Source: a virus
Reading direction: 5' to 3' (one strand)
DNA: 64,000 nt
IMG/VR virus record: IMGVR_UViG_3300047489_000453
Coordinates: 64,001 to 128,000 of that record
Shown: positions 1-9,266 of the stretch, in pieces
Layout: the number at the start of each line of letters is the position of its first letter
Position numbering within the stretch: position 1 is the first letter of the stretch
The notes under the pieces: generated by a model
Seen by the model: only the letters and a program-made list of their open reading frames with translations
Database searches by the model: none
Told to the model about the DNA's origin: nothing
Made by a program: the position numbers and the translations under genes

Positions 1-165
1 ACTTATACAGGAACACCTTACGAAGAGATCGATGAAGCCGAGTACAAGCGAAGAGTGGAGACGTTTCCACAAGTTGATTGGGCTAAGCTTTCTAGGTACG
101 AGAAGACAGACCACACTGAGTCAGCTCAGACCTACGCTTGCACTAGCGGCTCTTGCGAGCTGTAA
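1..165 (+). CDS. nrdJ: C-terminal fragment of class II (B12-dependent) ribonucleotide reductase, truncated by window edge
   Basis: Manual frame-1 translation TYTGTPYEEIDEAEYKRRVETFPQVDWAKLSRYEKTDHTESAQTYACTSGSCEL*; the PYEEI..DW..ACxxGxCEL tail is typical of phage monomeric NrdJ. Confidence 0.8.
   Translation, partial: TYTGTPYEEIDEAEYKRRVETFPQVDWAKLSRYEKTDHTESAQTYACTSGSCEL
55..70. repeat. Dispersed 16-bp palindrome copy GTGGAGACGTTTCCAC
   Basis: 1 mismatch to GTGGAGACGTCTCCAC; inside the RNR CDS. Confidence 0.8.
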
Positions 166-170
166 TACCC

Positions 171-218
171 AATAGCTAAAAAAATCCACTGTAGCTTACG
201 GGCTACAGTGGATTTTTA
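171..218. terminator. Bidirectional intrinsic terminator with TTTTTTTAGCTATT tail on the minus strand
   Basis: AAAAATCCACTGTAGC/GCTACAGTGGATTTTT stem between convergent genes. Confidence 0.85.
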
Positions 219-231
219 TTTGTTAATAGTT

Positions 232-1272
232 TTATTCAAACTTAACTATGCCAGCATCTATCAGTTCTTGCCGTAAAGATTCACCCTGGTATATGCCAGA
301 GTAAGAGATTACGCCAGGACTAAATGGATGGAAACTGAATATACCGTCGCTTCCCCTTACACGGCCATACCAGTCTCGATTAAAGTCGAAGTCGCTAGCG
401 TGCTTAAGAGTAGACTCATGGCACCTAGTACATGACTTAGTATCCACAGCTATAGTAGCCGCCTTAAAGCCTTTGGGAACAATATGAAACGCTTCCTCAG
501 TTGTTGGAGCAAATGCATCTTTATTCCACTCTTGCCCTAAGGCGTTTACAAACTTCTGGCTAAGGGCTTTCTTAATCAAGCCATCAGACAGCTTGCCTAG
601 TGAAGTTGTAGTCACATCGCCTTTGAATATCTGATGCGACTGGTAGACTCTCTTATCTGTGACAGACAACTCTTCGCCGTTAAAGCTGCAGAATCTCTGA
701 AACTCTTTAAGAGTTGCAAATGGCCTGTACGATGTCATCTTCCAGCCATCGCTTGATTTGCTTCTGAGCCTGACCTCAAAGGTGTAGTATTTCTCTTTGT
801 AGTAGATTTGAAGAACTTCACCTACTACAGCGCCCTCTGGGTACGCCCATACGTAAGAGGATCTTCTATCGCCTGGCAGAAACTTCTTGCTGACAACAAT
901 AGGCTTATCCTTAGGCAGCAGCAAGAATTTAAAGGTAGAGAAATTATCGTCTGGAACACTTTCTGTTCCAGCTGGAGACCCCCATGGAAACTCTACATTA
1001 GGGTTGCCGTACAACTCCCTTGGCTTGTCGGCAGATATGTTATACGAGGGAGAGTGAATGCCTGGAAGGGCTCCAGCAAAATCTTGATAAGCTTTAGGCA
1101 TTTCCTTTTCCGTATATATAAGAAGCCTGCTATCTTTACGGATTCTATCTAGAACTCCGTCTTTACTGTCCGGTATATGAGAGGACAGTATCTCGTGCCT
1201 CTCAGGCGTAATAAACTTATAACCGTCGTTTCCTAAAATAGCCGCCAATCCTAGCGCCACAAATGAAAACAT
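232..1272 (-). CDS. Secreted hypothetical protein with a single CxxCH (c-type heme-binding) motif
   Basis: Hydrophobic N-terminus MFSFVALGLAAILG; SCTRCH near the C-terminus; GGAGG RBS. Confidence 0.6.
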   Translation of the reverse strand: MFSFVALGLAAILGNDGYKFITPERHEILSSHIPDSKDGVLDRIRKDSRLLIYTEKEMPKAYQDFAGALPGIHSPSYNISADKPRELYGNPNVEFPWGSPAGTESVPDDNFSTFKFLLLPKDKPIVVSKKFLPGDRRSSYVWAYPEGAVVGEVLQIYYKEKYYTFEVRLRSKSSDGWKMTSYRPFATLKEFQRFCSFNGEELSVTDKRVYQSHQIFKGDVTTTSLGKLSDGLIKKALSQKFVNALGQEWNKDAFAPTTEEAFHIVPKGFKAATIAVDTKSCTRCHESTLKHASDFDFNRDWYGRVRGSDGIFSFHPFSPGVISYSGIYQGESLRQELIDAGIVKFE

Positions 1273-1400
1273 AAAAACCTCCTGTCAAATGGGCTCCCAC
1301 AATCGAGAGCCGGGACTAAGAATAGTACCAACGAGTTAATATTTTACAACTGTTAAATTAATATTGCCGTCTTGATTTAATAGGCAATAGTAATAGACTA

Positions 1401-2246
1401 TTGGTGAAAGGAGCCACCATGCCATCTAAAAAAATCGCCGTATTTAGCATCATGCAAAACGAAGATATATTTTCTAGGATATGGGTTAATCACTACTCTA
1501 AGCTAGTTCCTACATCAGATATGTTCATACTTAATCATAATACTTCAACTGAAAAAGCCATGAAGCACCTTGAGGACTTTAAACTAGAGGGCGTTAACGT
1601 CATAGATATAAACAACAGCGTCAGCTTTGATCATGAATGGCTCAGAGACACTGTCAAAGATTATCAAAAGAAGCTATTAGAATCCTATGAAGTGGTAATA
1701 TTTGCCGAGGCCGACGAATATATAGTAATAGACCCAAGTAAAACAAACCTAAGCCTATCAGAATATATTTCAGAATTCTTCAAAGACGGCGTTAAAAACA
1801 CAATACGCTGCACGGGGTACTGCGTTGATCATGTTGTAACACAGGAGCCACCGTTAAATCTTTCAAGGCCAATATTAGCCCAAAGATCCAGGTGGCGCAG
1901 AACCTTTATGTTTGATAAGCCTCTAATATCAAATCAACCTTGCGATTGGCATATAGGATTTCACTGGATTGAAGGCAAAGAAAACTCTCATACACCGGAT
2001 CGTAATGTTTTATTATTACATCTACACAAGATGGACTATTATTTATGCCTGCAGAAGCATGCTGAGTCTTCTAGAAGAAATTGGTCAGAAAAAGACATCA
2101 ACGAAAGAATAGGCGAGCATAACTATATAAGCGGCGACGTGGACCTATATAAATGGTTTGTATCTGGATCTAAGTTTCAAAAAACTGGCAACGAACTTGT
2201 AAAGTATCCTGACTATATAAGGAACATCGATCTACGATATTCTTGA
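1401..2246 (+). CDS. Glycosyltransferase family 2-like protein (start probably ATG at 1419)
   Basis: IAVFSIMQNE..WVNHY, ADEYIV DxD-like motif, GFHW and LLHLH; AAGGAG precedes the ATG at 1419. Confidence 0.7.
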   Translation: MVKGATMPSKKIAVFSIMQNEDIFSRIWVNHYSKLVPTSDMFILNHNTSTEKAMKHLEDFKLEGVNVIDINNSVSFDHEWLRDTVKDYQKKLLESYEVVIFAEADEYIVIDPSKTNLSLSEYISEFFKDGVKNTIRCTGYCVDHVVTQEPPLNLSRPILAQRSRWRRTFMFDKPLISNQPCDWHIGFHWIEGKENSHTPDRNVLLLHLHKMDYYLCLQKHAESSRRNWSEKDINERIGEHNYISGDVDLYKWFVSGSKFQKTGNELVKYPDYIRNIDLRYS

Positions 2247-2288
2247 TAGATAAAAAAATCAGCCGTAGCGCATAAGCTACGGCTGATT
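2245..2288. terminator. Intrinsic terminator between convergent genes
   Basis: AATCAGCCGTAGC/GCTACGGCTGATT stem; minus-strand tail TTTTTTTATCTATC. Confidence 0.8.
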
Positions 2289-2292
2289 AAAT

Positions 2293-2742
2293 TTATCTAA
2301 CCTTATCAAAGTACCTGTCCAGGTTTCTGGACACAAGGGCGGTGACTGCCCTATCCACCTTCAACCCTATTTTGGGCGTCGGGGAGTCTATAGCCAGCCA
2401 CCTGAGGTCTTTGGAGTTTTCTGTCATTTTCTTGTAGTCAGAAAATGACATCTCTCCGAATAGCTCACAGACGACTACTCTGTAAGCTTCCTGGCTAACT
2501 TCTCTCAGCATGGTTTCATTAGGCGTGACAACGTCATCGCCTAACGAGACTATGTTGAACCTCTTCTTGTAGGCTCTTCTATAGGCCTCGGAGAAGTTAC
2601 CGTAAACCTCGCCTGCAGCCAGCTTATCAGCTGGCATATCCATTACCGTCATAACTGGCCTTGGAGTAACGCCCTCCAAGGCTGGCTTGGTGTCGACTTC
2701 GACACCAAGCGCAAGGACTACCGAAAGTAACAAAGCATTCAT
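2293..2742 (-). CDS. Hypothetical protein with signal peptide
   Basis: ORF with AAGGA RBS and hydrophobic N-terminus. Confidence 0.6.
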   Translation of the reverse strand: MNALLLSVVLALGVEVDTKPALEGVTPRPVMTVMDMPADKLAAGEVYGNFSEAYRRAYKKRFNIVSLGDDVVTPNETMLREVSQEAYRVVVCELFGEMSFSDYKKMTENSKDLRWLAIDSPTPKIGLKVDRAVTALVSRNLDRYFDKVR

Positions 2743-2767
2743 GTTTTATCCTTTCTTAAAGTAAAAA

Positions 2768-3139
2768 TTATTTAACCACATCTTTTGCAGATCTTACCAA
2801 AACTATTCGCCTGAACTGGGCGAACGTCTTGATCTCTAAAAGGCCCTCCTGCAGAATACTGCAGGCGACCTTTATCGTCTTTTCCCAACCTTGTAACTCT
2901 TCATCACTTAAAAGCATGATGAGAGAGTCAGTTTGACCCCGGTAAAAATCTACCGTGGTCTTACGCCACTTCTTGCCGCCGAGCTCGGCGAATAGAAAAT
3001 CCGAGCTTGAGGTATATTTACCCCAATTTTTCCTCTTCCCGATTAGGAAGAGTTTCTCTCTCCCTTGGACGCCAAGAGAGCACACGCTCTCTTCGAAACA
3101 TCCAATCGTAAAATCATGATCATGCACTGCAGGTAGCAT
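2768..3139 (-). CDS. Hypothetical protein
   Basis: ORF with AAGGAG RBS, downstream of the promoter motif at 3210-3235. Confidence 0.6.
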   Translation of the reverse strand: MLPAVHDHDFTIGCFEESVCSLGVQGREKLFLIGKRKNWGKYTSSSDFLFAELGGKKWRKTTVDFYRGQTDSLIMLLSDEELQGWEKTIKVACSILQEGLLEIKTFAQFRRIVLVRSAKDVVK

Positions 3140-3209
3140 GTCATTTCTCCTTTAAGATGTCCGTCACGCCATGGCGAAAGCCATGGTTAAAACGCGCGGA
3201 TCACCTAAT

Positions 3210-3235
3210 TATGACGCTAAAATGCTTCTAATTTA
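3210..3235 (-). promoter_or_regulatory. Phage promoter motif TAAATT-N14-GTCATA
   Basis: One of 7 copies with identical 14-nt spacing. Confidence 0.7.
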
Positions 3236-4000
3236 GCTTTTCTTATTTAGATACATATCGCACAAAAATGTGAAAGAAAACTTCTTTAGCTTGTCTCTTA
3301 CGGTCGATATGTTAAGGCCAAACTTCTTAGCCCATCTTGGAAGTGTCATTGATTTGCCCATGTAGCTATACAGCTTAGGCTTGTTTATTTTTTTAGCCAT
3401 TGGAGACGCTGCTATGTCGTCTCCGCTGTATCCTTGGACATACAGGCTGCATACTGTTTCAAAATTAAGTCTAAGCTGCTTACAAAACGCGCTTAGGCTG
3501 AGTATCTCGCCCTTATAAACCACATCTCCGCATACCTTTGGAGGCTCTTCCATTATGGCCTCCTCAAAAGTCAACCCTCTCCTTAGCCTGGTATTTATAG
3601 TGTTGTAACACAGACCGAGATCTTTACACCAAACTGCAAGTGGTTGCTTTTTGCCTTTATATTCTATTATTCTGTTGGTTGACTTGTTTATAGCCTGCAT
3701 TTCAGAGACTATCCATTTCATGTTATTTGTCACGTAACCTTTATCATTATCTATCCTTTCAATCGTAAATTTATCCTTGGGTAAAGGGCATTCTCCAACT
3801 TCATTAAGAAAGTTTAAAAAGCTGTACCTGTAAAAGTCATCAAATACAAATCCTCTTCCGCCGTAGTTCTCATATCTTGCGTGTCTTGGATTGTGACACT
3901 TACTTATTATTCTTTGCCATGTTTTGTACTCTTTATAAAACCGTCTTCCTGGCATTGATGCGCCAGCCACGTCTAAATTTGTGAATGAATAATTTGGCAT
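3233..4000 (-). CDS. HNH-type homing endonuclease with repeated small DNA-binding domains
   Basis: W..I..KC.NP....Y.NYGGRG; TIERIDNDKGY...N.KW; three Y(K/M)G...L...C/W..L.L repeats. Confidence 0.8.
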   Translation of the reverse strand: MPNYSFTNLDVAGASMPGRRFYKEYKTWQRIISKCHNPRHARYENYGGRGFVFDDFYRYSFLNFLNEVGECPLPKDKFTIERIDNDKGYVTNNMKWIVSEMQAINKSTNRIIEYKGKKQPLAVWCKDLGLCYNTINTRLRRGLTFEEAIMEEPPKVCGDVVYKGEILSLSAFCKQLRLNFETVCSLYVQGYSGDDIAASPMAKKINKPKLYSYMGKSMTLPRWAKKFGLNISTVRDKLKKFSFTFLCDMYLNKKS

Positions 4001-4009
4001 TGGGCCCCC

Positions 4010-4051
4010 AATATCTAAAAAAAAGCCAAGCAGCCTTAAGGCTGCCTGGCT
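4010..4051 (-). terminator. Intrinsic terminator
   Basis: AGCCAGGCAGCC-TTAA-GGCTGCTTGGCT stem followed by T8AGATATT on the minus strand. Confidence 0.8.
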
Positions 4052-4063
4052 AATTAGTTATTA

Positions 4064-4261
4064 TTACCACTGCTTACGCAGGGTAACAGTTATGTCTATT
4101 TTGTCGACGAGTCTGCAGTCATACGGATTGACTGCAGTCCTAGAAGTCGTCTCGACTGAGTAGGACGTCTTTTCAGTCGACCTACATCCTAACCCTAGAC
4201 ATACCAAAGACAATAAAACAAGCCTGATCATAAATCCTCCTTGTTGATAAGGGCTTATCAT
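4064..4261 (-). CDS. Small putative lipoprotein (start probably MIRLVLL)
   Basis: Hydrophobic stretch ending in lipobox-like LGLGC; AGGAGG RBS before the second Met. Confidence 0.55.
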   Translation of the reverse strand: MISPYQQGGFMIRLVLLSLVCLGLGCRSTEKTSYSVETTSRTAVNPYDCRLVDKIDITVTLRKQW

Positions 4262-4266
4262 CTAAT

Positions 4267-4292
4267 TATGACTCAATTTCAGGCTTAATTTA
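4267..4292 (-). promoter_or_regulatory. Phage promoter motif TAAATT-N14-GTCATA
   Basis: Exact motif and spacing match. Confidence 0.7.
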
Positions 4293-4297
4293 CAACC

Positions 4298-4858
4298 CTA
4301 TTTAAACGGCGGACCTTCGTACCAGGTGACCAGGCTGTACCTGGTACCTGAGGTAACTGGAACAACCCGGTGCTTAATAAAAGATGGGAATACGATGGTT
4401 GTTCCTTTTATCCTTAGATCTGCCGGCATAGGAGACTGCTCATTCATCTGGAACTCGAGATCTCCGCCAGTGTAAGTTGACGGGTCACTAAGCTGCAGCA
4501 CAAACGATAGTTTTCTTTGAGAGTTACTGCCTGACTGTGGAATCCATCGAAGATCCTCATGCCAACCGTAATAACCTGTGTAGGCAGCGTCATACTCTGT
4601 GAACTGTATTTCATGAAATAGATTTATGTCGAAGCCAAATGCTGTATTGGCTCTTTTGCACACGTATTCTATGTCCCTAAACAGCCAGTCCCAATCTGAG
4701 TCAGATCTTTGTATCCACCTTATTTTTGATCTTCTCAAATCAGGGACATTACCATATGTAGTTGCCTGCACAGGTGCAATCTCAAGCGCTTGCTTGACAA
4801 CCTTGTCGCACTGGCTATCAGGCATGTAATTTTTCCACATTTGCCACATTGATCGCAT
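4298..4858 (-). CDS. 2OG-Fe(II) oxygenase (PKHD-type hydroxylase-like)
   Basis: WHED (HxD), RKLSFVLQLS, Y.GGDL, FPSF..HRVVPV..G.RYSLV.W motifs. Confidence 0.9.
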   Translation of the reverse strand: MRSMWQMWKNYMPDSQCDKVVKQALEIAPVQATTYGNVPDLRRSKIRWIQRSDSDWDWLFRDIEYVCKRANTAFGFDINLFHEIQFTEYDAAYTGYYGWHEDLRWIPQSGSNSQRKLSFVLQLSDPSTYTGGDLEFQMNEQSPMPADLRIKGTTIVFPSFIKHRVVPVTSGTRYSLVTWYEGPPFK

Positions 4859-4904
4859 CTTAGACTCCTTTTGTTAGGTGTATTAAACATCACTACGGTA
4901 CATA

Positions 4905-5062
4905 AAGTCAATAAAGAGAAGATGCCGGCTTCAGGAAGGAGGGTCCGTCCGGCATCTTCGGCCGAGGTTAGGCTGAAAGGGTAAGGCCTGCGCACTCTCG
5001 GCTTACGCCCCCATGCAGCCGTGATGCTGGCAGCCGCTTAAGGCTAGGAGGAGCCTCGGGAT
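4905..5062 (-). ncRNA. Putative small structured RNA or leader ending in a terminator, upstream of the oxygenase
   Basis: GC-rich intergenic island with several hairpins (GGC-GTAA-GCC; AGGCT-CCTCCT-AGCCT) and an 11-bp stem GAAGATGCCGG/CCGGCATCTTC followed by a T-rich tail. Confidence 0.4.
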
Positions 5063-5157
5063 TAGGTTATATTATCGAGTTCAAAAAGTAAATTCCATAA
5101 TTAATGGACGTAAACTTAAATAACCTGGGTAAATAGCCTATACACTGAAATAATGTA

Positions 5158-5835
5158 TTGACTATAATTCGTAGCTTCAATACTGGGCAGGAAAAAATTA
5201 TGGTTATGTACAACCTTTCTCATCTAATTCAATACGATCCTCAAATAGTGTTTGGACCGATACAGGATGATGAAGCTCTGTTTTTATTCTCGCTAGTTAG
5301 GGTTCTTAGACTTAAAAGAATTCTTGAGGTAGGGTTTTTCAAAGGCTATTCAGCCACTAACTTTCTAGCGGCAGTTGGCAAAAAGGGAACTGTCTATAGC
5401 TGCGATATAAATAAGATTACGGCCCTGGAAGAAAACCATAAGCCAATAAGCAAAGACGTTGGAGAATTAACAGCCCAAGACGTAGATGGTCTACCGTTAG
5501 ACTTGGTGTTCTTTGACTGCCACAACCTTATAGCGCAGATGAAATGTTTTCATAAGCTTAAAGAGGCCGGAATAATTACTGATAAAACTATTTTAGCCCT
5601 GCATGATACCGGGACTCACCCAGGCAAGCTCCATACTGCCGTTGTATACACGCAGATAGGGCCCGGAGAGTTTATACACCAGCCGGTTGAAAGAGAGATG
5701 GTTAACATATTTGCCGACATGGGCTACAGCCCTTTATGCCTTAATATGGACATAAGCCGATGCTCTGAGGATGATCTACCGTTTAGGCACGGTCTTACAA
5801 TAATGAGCAAGTTTACCAAGCTAAGACTGTCTTAG
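5158..5835 (+). CDS. Class I SAM-dependent methyltransferase (Methyltransf_24-like)
   Basis: ILEVGFFKGYS, YSCDI, DLVFFDCH, LHDT motifs. Confidence 0.8.
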   Translation: MTIIRSFNTGQEKIMVMYNLSHLIQYDPQIVFGPIQDDEALFLFSLVRVLRLKRILEVGFFKGYSATNFLAAVGKKGTVYSCDINKITALEENHKPISKDVGELTAQDVDGLPLDLVFFDCHNLIAQMKCFHKLKEAGIITDKTILALHDTGTHPGKLHTAVVYTQIGPGEFIHQPVEREMVNIFADMGYSPLCLNMDISRCSEDDLPFRHGLTIMSKFTKLRLS

Positions 5836-5837
5836 GC

Positions 5838-6236
5838 TTACTTATCAAGATTTAAATCGCCTATAAACTTACGAGTTATCCTGTAGGAATCGTCATCAAA
5901 GTGTTGAGTTGAGAACTCTGTTATTTTGGCGTCGGTCACACCATAGAACTGATGAACTACCCCAGGCTCGACGTGCCAAGCCTGCCCTGCGGATAGCATG
6001 ATCTGCTTAAAGCTAGGAACGTTGTCTCCAACTACAGGGCTTACAGAATATACAAATAGGACTTTGCCCTCAGTAACTAGTAAGACTTCGTCTTTTATCT
6101 TGTGATAATGATAACTACAGTATCCGTCTTTATTAAGAGTCAGTAGCTTACCGCAGTATTTGTCGCTGTTTGCTACCCATACTTCTGTGCCCCATGTCTT
6201 GGGAGCAAACGTCATTTTATCTACAAATCCCGGCAT
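5838..6236 (-). CDS. Cupin-domain protein (sugar isomerase-like)
   Basis: KTWG.E.W, CSYHYHKIKDE, PGVVHQF, EFST.H.D.DSYR. Confidence 0.8.
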   Translation of the reverse strand: MPGFVDKMTFAPKTWGTEVWVANSDKYCGKLLTLNKDGYCSYHYHKIKDEVLLVTEGKVLFVYSVSPVVGDNVPSFKQIMLSAGQAWHVEPGVVHQFYGVTDAKITEFSTQHFDDDSYRITRKFIGDLNLDK

Positions 6237-6331
6237 AAGAACTCCAGTTGTCTTAAAACAGCAAGTATGGCATTATTCTACCAGCCCGTGGTCTGGGCTC
6301 ATACATATTATGGCATACAGGCAGAGACAAT

Positions 6332-7057
6332 ATGATAAAAATACCGCTGGTTATAAACAATAGAAACAGGTTTACATATCTTAAAGCCATGATTGACTGG
6401 TTTAAACCTGATCGAATGGCTGAGATAATAATATTAGACAACGACTCCACGTATGAGCCGCTTCTTGATTACTATAAAACATTGGATTGCCAGGTGGTTA
6501 AGCTTGGCAAGAACCTTGGACATACGGCTTTATACAGCTGGAATGGGCATCATAACTTTAAGAGTAAAAACTTCATCTATACAGACCCAGATCTGCTGCC
6601 TACTGAAACCTGTCCTAAAAACATAATACCGTACTTGATGTACCTTAAACATGAGCACTTCTTTAGCAACAAGATAGGAATAATGCTTGAGACCACAGAT
6701 TTGCCTGATCATTATAAGTACAAGAAAGATGTCTTAGAGCTTACTAAGCATTACTGCCACAATAGGCTAAAGACTTGCTTTATAAGCCACGTTGATACAA
6801 CGTTTGCCATGTACGACATTGATAACGTAGCAGGAAAAGAACACTTTCTAGGTAACTGTCTTTTGACCGACAGGCCTTATGTAATGAGGCACCTGCCATG
6901 GTACGAAGACAGTAATAACCTTTCAGAAGAACAGGTATATTACGCAGCCCATGCTGACGCTACTTTTACAAACTTTAGTAATAAAGTTGTTACAGTAGGT
7001 CAGTGGACAAGGCTTACTAGAAAGGACTTGATAGATGAGGGAAAGATAAAAGTCTAG
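6332..7057 (+). CDS. Glycosyltransferase family 2-like protein
   Basis: IILDNDSTY, NLGH, YTDPD (DxD), VDTTFAMY, RHLPWY. Confidence 0.75.
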   Translation: MIKIPLVINNRNRFTYLKAMIDWFKPDRMAEIIILDNDSTYEPLLDYYKTLDCQVVKLGKNLGHTALYSWNGHHNFKSKNFIYTDPDLLPTETCPKNIIPYLMYLKHEHFFSNKIGIMLETTDLPDHYKYKKDVLELTKHYCHNRLKTCFISHVDTTFAMYDIDNVAGKEHFLGNCLLTDRPYVMRHLPWYEDSNNLSEEQVYYAAHADATFTNFSNKVVTVGQWTRLTRKDLIDEGKIKV

Positions 7058-7059
7058 TA

Positions 7060-7830
7060 TCACTTACGCCTAACGGCATGTGCATAAACATAAGAGATAG
7101 ACATCTGAAATGAGCTTATCTCGTTATTGCTGTGCTTTCCGTAAAAAGCGTTAAGTCTATCAACTAATATCTTGTTCTTTTCAAAAAAAGTCTCAACAGG
7201 CGTATAAACCGGCTGCTTATATATTGGCATAAGGCCTGACCTAGTCATGTAGGCGTCGTAGGTATAAAGAGGATAAATTGCCCTTTGAACTGGGAGTATG
7301 TTGCCAAGCTCCCTATGCTCTTTATCGCTTAAAACCATGTGCGCGAACGCTTTGTTTATTCTTTTATAGATATGCCCGCCATGTCTTGCACAGATGGGGT
7401 GAAACCTGATATAGGCCATGCCGTCTTCTTTTAGCATAGTCCTTATCTTATACAGATCGAACACGGGGTCGTGAGAGTGATCAAACACATCGTTCATGAA
7501 AACAAAGTCATAAGGCCCGTAGGTCATGACCTTATTCCATCTTGTTGTCATGGTAGCTGGGTTTTCTTTCCAGAAATCATTCTCATAAAATACAGCATCA
7601 AAGCCTACTGACTCGGCCCCAAGCTCGCGGCAGAGCTTAACTAGATGGCCTGTTCCGCAGCCGTAATCTAATACTTTCTTGTTCTTTACGTCTTTCTTTA
7701 CCACCTCTCGTAAGAACAGCTCTGCATTAGCTTTATGACTGGCATCGCTTCCTTCTGCGTCGACTACTTCTTGCGGTAAAGCTTCAGGCCATTCTTTTGA
7801 CTCAAGCATCTCCATAACTTGTTTTAACAC
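7060..7830 (-). CDS. Class I SAM-dependent methyltransferase
   Basis: VLDYGCGTGHL; YDFVFMNDVFDH. Confidence 0.85.
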   Translation of the reverse strand: MLKQVMEMLESKEWPEALPQEVVDAEGSDASHKANAELFLREVVKKDVKNKKVLDYGCGTGHLVKLCRELGAESVGFDAVFYENDFWKENPATMTTRWNKVMTYGPYDFVFMNDVFDHSHDPVFDLYKIRTMLKEDGMAYIRFHPICARHGGHIYKRINKAFAHMVLSDKEHRELGNILPVQRAIYPLYTYDAYMTRSGLMPIYKQPVYTPVETFFEKNKILVDRLNAFYGKHSNNEISSFQMSISYVYAHAVRRK

Positions 7831-7832
7831 GA

Positions 7833-8489
7833 TCAGCCCTTTCCTTTTGACTCCGCCTTTTTAAGGGCATCCATTATTGACGCCAGAGACGGGTGCCTTA
7901 CTATCATGCCATCAGTAAATGTTACATAACCTATACAGTCTAATTCTTCAAGAGACTTTGCAAACCTGGCCAGAGCGTTATTGTTTCTAAGATCGCTTTG
8001 GTCAGGGTCGCCACAAATAATAAGCTTTCCGCCCTTGCCTAGTCTAGTGATAAAAGCTTTCAACTGCTCCCATGTGCAGTTCTGGGCTTCATCAAGAATG
8101 GCTACGCAATCATCGAAGGTCCTACCTCTGATCATAGCCAGAGGGACGATCTCCATGGTCTTTATTATCTCTTGAGGCGAGACAGTAGTTATGCGCCTGA
8201 GCACGTCCTCTACTGGAGCTATCCACGGCCCCATCTTTCTGTTTACATCGCCTGGAAGAAATCCAAGCTTTTCGCCGCACTCTACGGTAGGCCTTGTGAG
8301 TATTATTCTATGGCATTTGTTGTTTAGAAATGATGTTATGGCAAGTTTTACAGCTTGATGGGTCTTGCCTGTTCCGGCAGGCCCTATAAAGAAAAGAACG
8401 TCTTTTTTTGGAAATATAGACTCTGACTCTCTCTGCGCCTCGTTAATGGGTAAAAGTACTGGGTTAAGGTCCTTTGGCATTTTTGCCAT
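7833..8489 (-). CDS. phoH: PhoH-family ATPase
   Basis: GPAGTGKT, LTRP.VE, LGFLPG, RGRTF, DEAQN, TRLG, GD..QSD, VRH. Confidence 0.93.
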   Translation of the reverse strand: MAKMPKDLNPVLLPINEAQRESESIFPKKDVLFFIGPAGTGKTHQAVKLAITSFLNNKCHRIILTRPTVECGEKLGFLPGDVNRKMGPWIAPVEDVLRRITTVSPQEIIKTMEIVPLAMIRGRTFDDCVAILDEAQNCTWEQLKAFITRLGKGGKLIICGDPDQSDLRNNNALARFAKSLEELDCIGYVTFTDGMIVRHPSLASIMDALKKAESKGKG

Positions 8490-8527
8490 TTTATCTCCAA
8501 CCGGGAAAGGCCCGGCATTTAGTAATT

Positions 8528-8543
8528 ATGGAAACGTCTCCAC
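8528..8543. repeat. Dispersed palindrome copy ATGGAAACGTCTCCAC
   Basis: 2 mismatches to consensus; intergenic. Confidence 0.75.
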
Positions 8544-8546
8544 TAT

Positions 8547-9140
8547 CTAACGCTGCTTGACCTCCTTCATAAAAGGAGCGTCGTCTATACGGATTAGGGC
8601 AACATTTTGTATGACAGACTCGTAAACAGGTTTTGTGTTCTTCCATATGACTAATCCAAACCTGTCATATTTCTTTCCTGTTTTATCTTTATCGTGCCAC
8701 CTGGATTCAAGCTCCGCCCACGGTATATAGCCTCGACAGTCATCCAAGGCTGGGTCCTCGAAGTACACGTTGTTAGAGTCGTAATCTATGGCTATTACGT
8801 AGTGTCCACTGTCACCTTCAAGCTCTGCTTGAGTGGAAGCCCACGCCTGCACTGTTATTATTACTGGTCGACCTGAGTCTAGATAACTTATAAGTTCAGA
8901 GTCAGACATGTCTTCATGCCATATCGTCTCAAAGCCACGTGACATGGCCGCTTGTTGAAGCTTATCCGGGCTTGTACCGCCTATTGGATCGGAATTAAGC
9001 TCCTCAGCTAGATTAAACTCGCTTTCAATACAGCCCCAGTAGTTAAACACGGAGCTTAAGACAGCTGGACCACAGGTATGGCTGCGCTGCTGCCTTATGT
9101 CTGGTAGGGGTATTCTATTTCCTCGCAGAGTCCTTATCAT
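8547..9140 (-). CDS. C39-family cysteine peptidase (stand-alone)
   Basis: QQ...TCGPA.L, GT, G.PVII, GHYVIA..YD, .DP catalytic layout. Confidence 0.85.
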   Translation of the reverse strand: MIRTLRGNRIPLPDIRQQRSHTCGPAVLSSVFNYWGCIESEFNLAEELNSDPIGGTSPDKLQQAAMSRGFETIWHEDMSDSELISYLDSGRPVIITVQAWASTQAELEGDSGHYVIAIDYDSNNVYFEDPALDDCRGYIPWAELESRWHDKDKTGKKYDRFGLVIWKNTKPVYESVIQNVALIRIDDAPFMKEVKQR

Positions 9141-9239
9141 GGTGGGCTCCCTGCAAGTTAAGGTTTAAGATGTAATAACGAACTACTAATATCCTACCCG
9201 ATTAGTAGTACGGATTAAAGAATTATGGTAAAAAATGAC

Positions 9240-9266
9240 GTAAGTTATTAATTTACAACAACTTAC
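9240..9266. promoter_or_regulatory. GTAAGT-N15-ACTTAC inverted site (IHF/recombinase-like)
   Basis: Same architecture at 27360, 30451, 30536 and 30919. Confidence 0.45.

Noticed and set aside
4990-5060. Pistol or HDV-like ribozyme assignment
   Set aside because: The first hairpin and pseudoknot are suggestive, but linker lengths and P3 do not fit; kept only as an unknown structured RNA.
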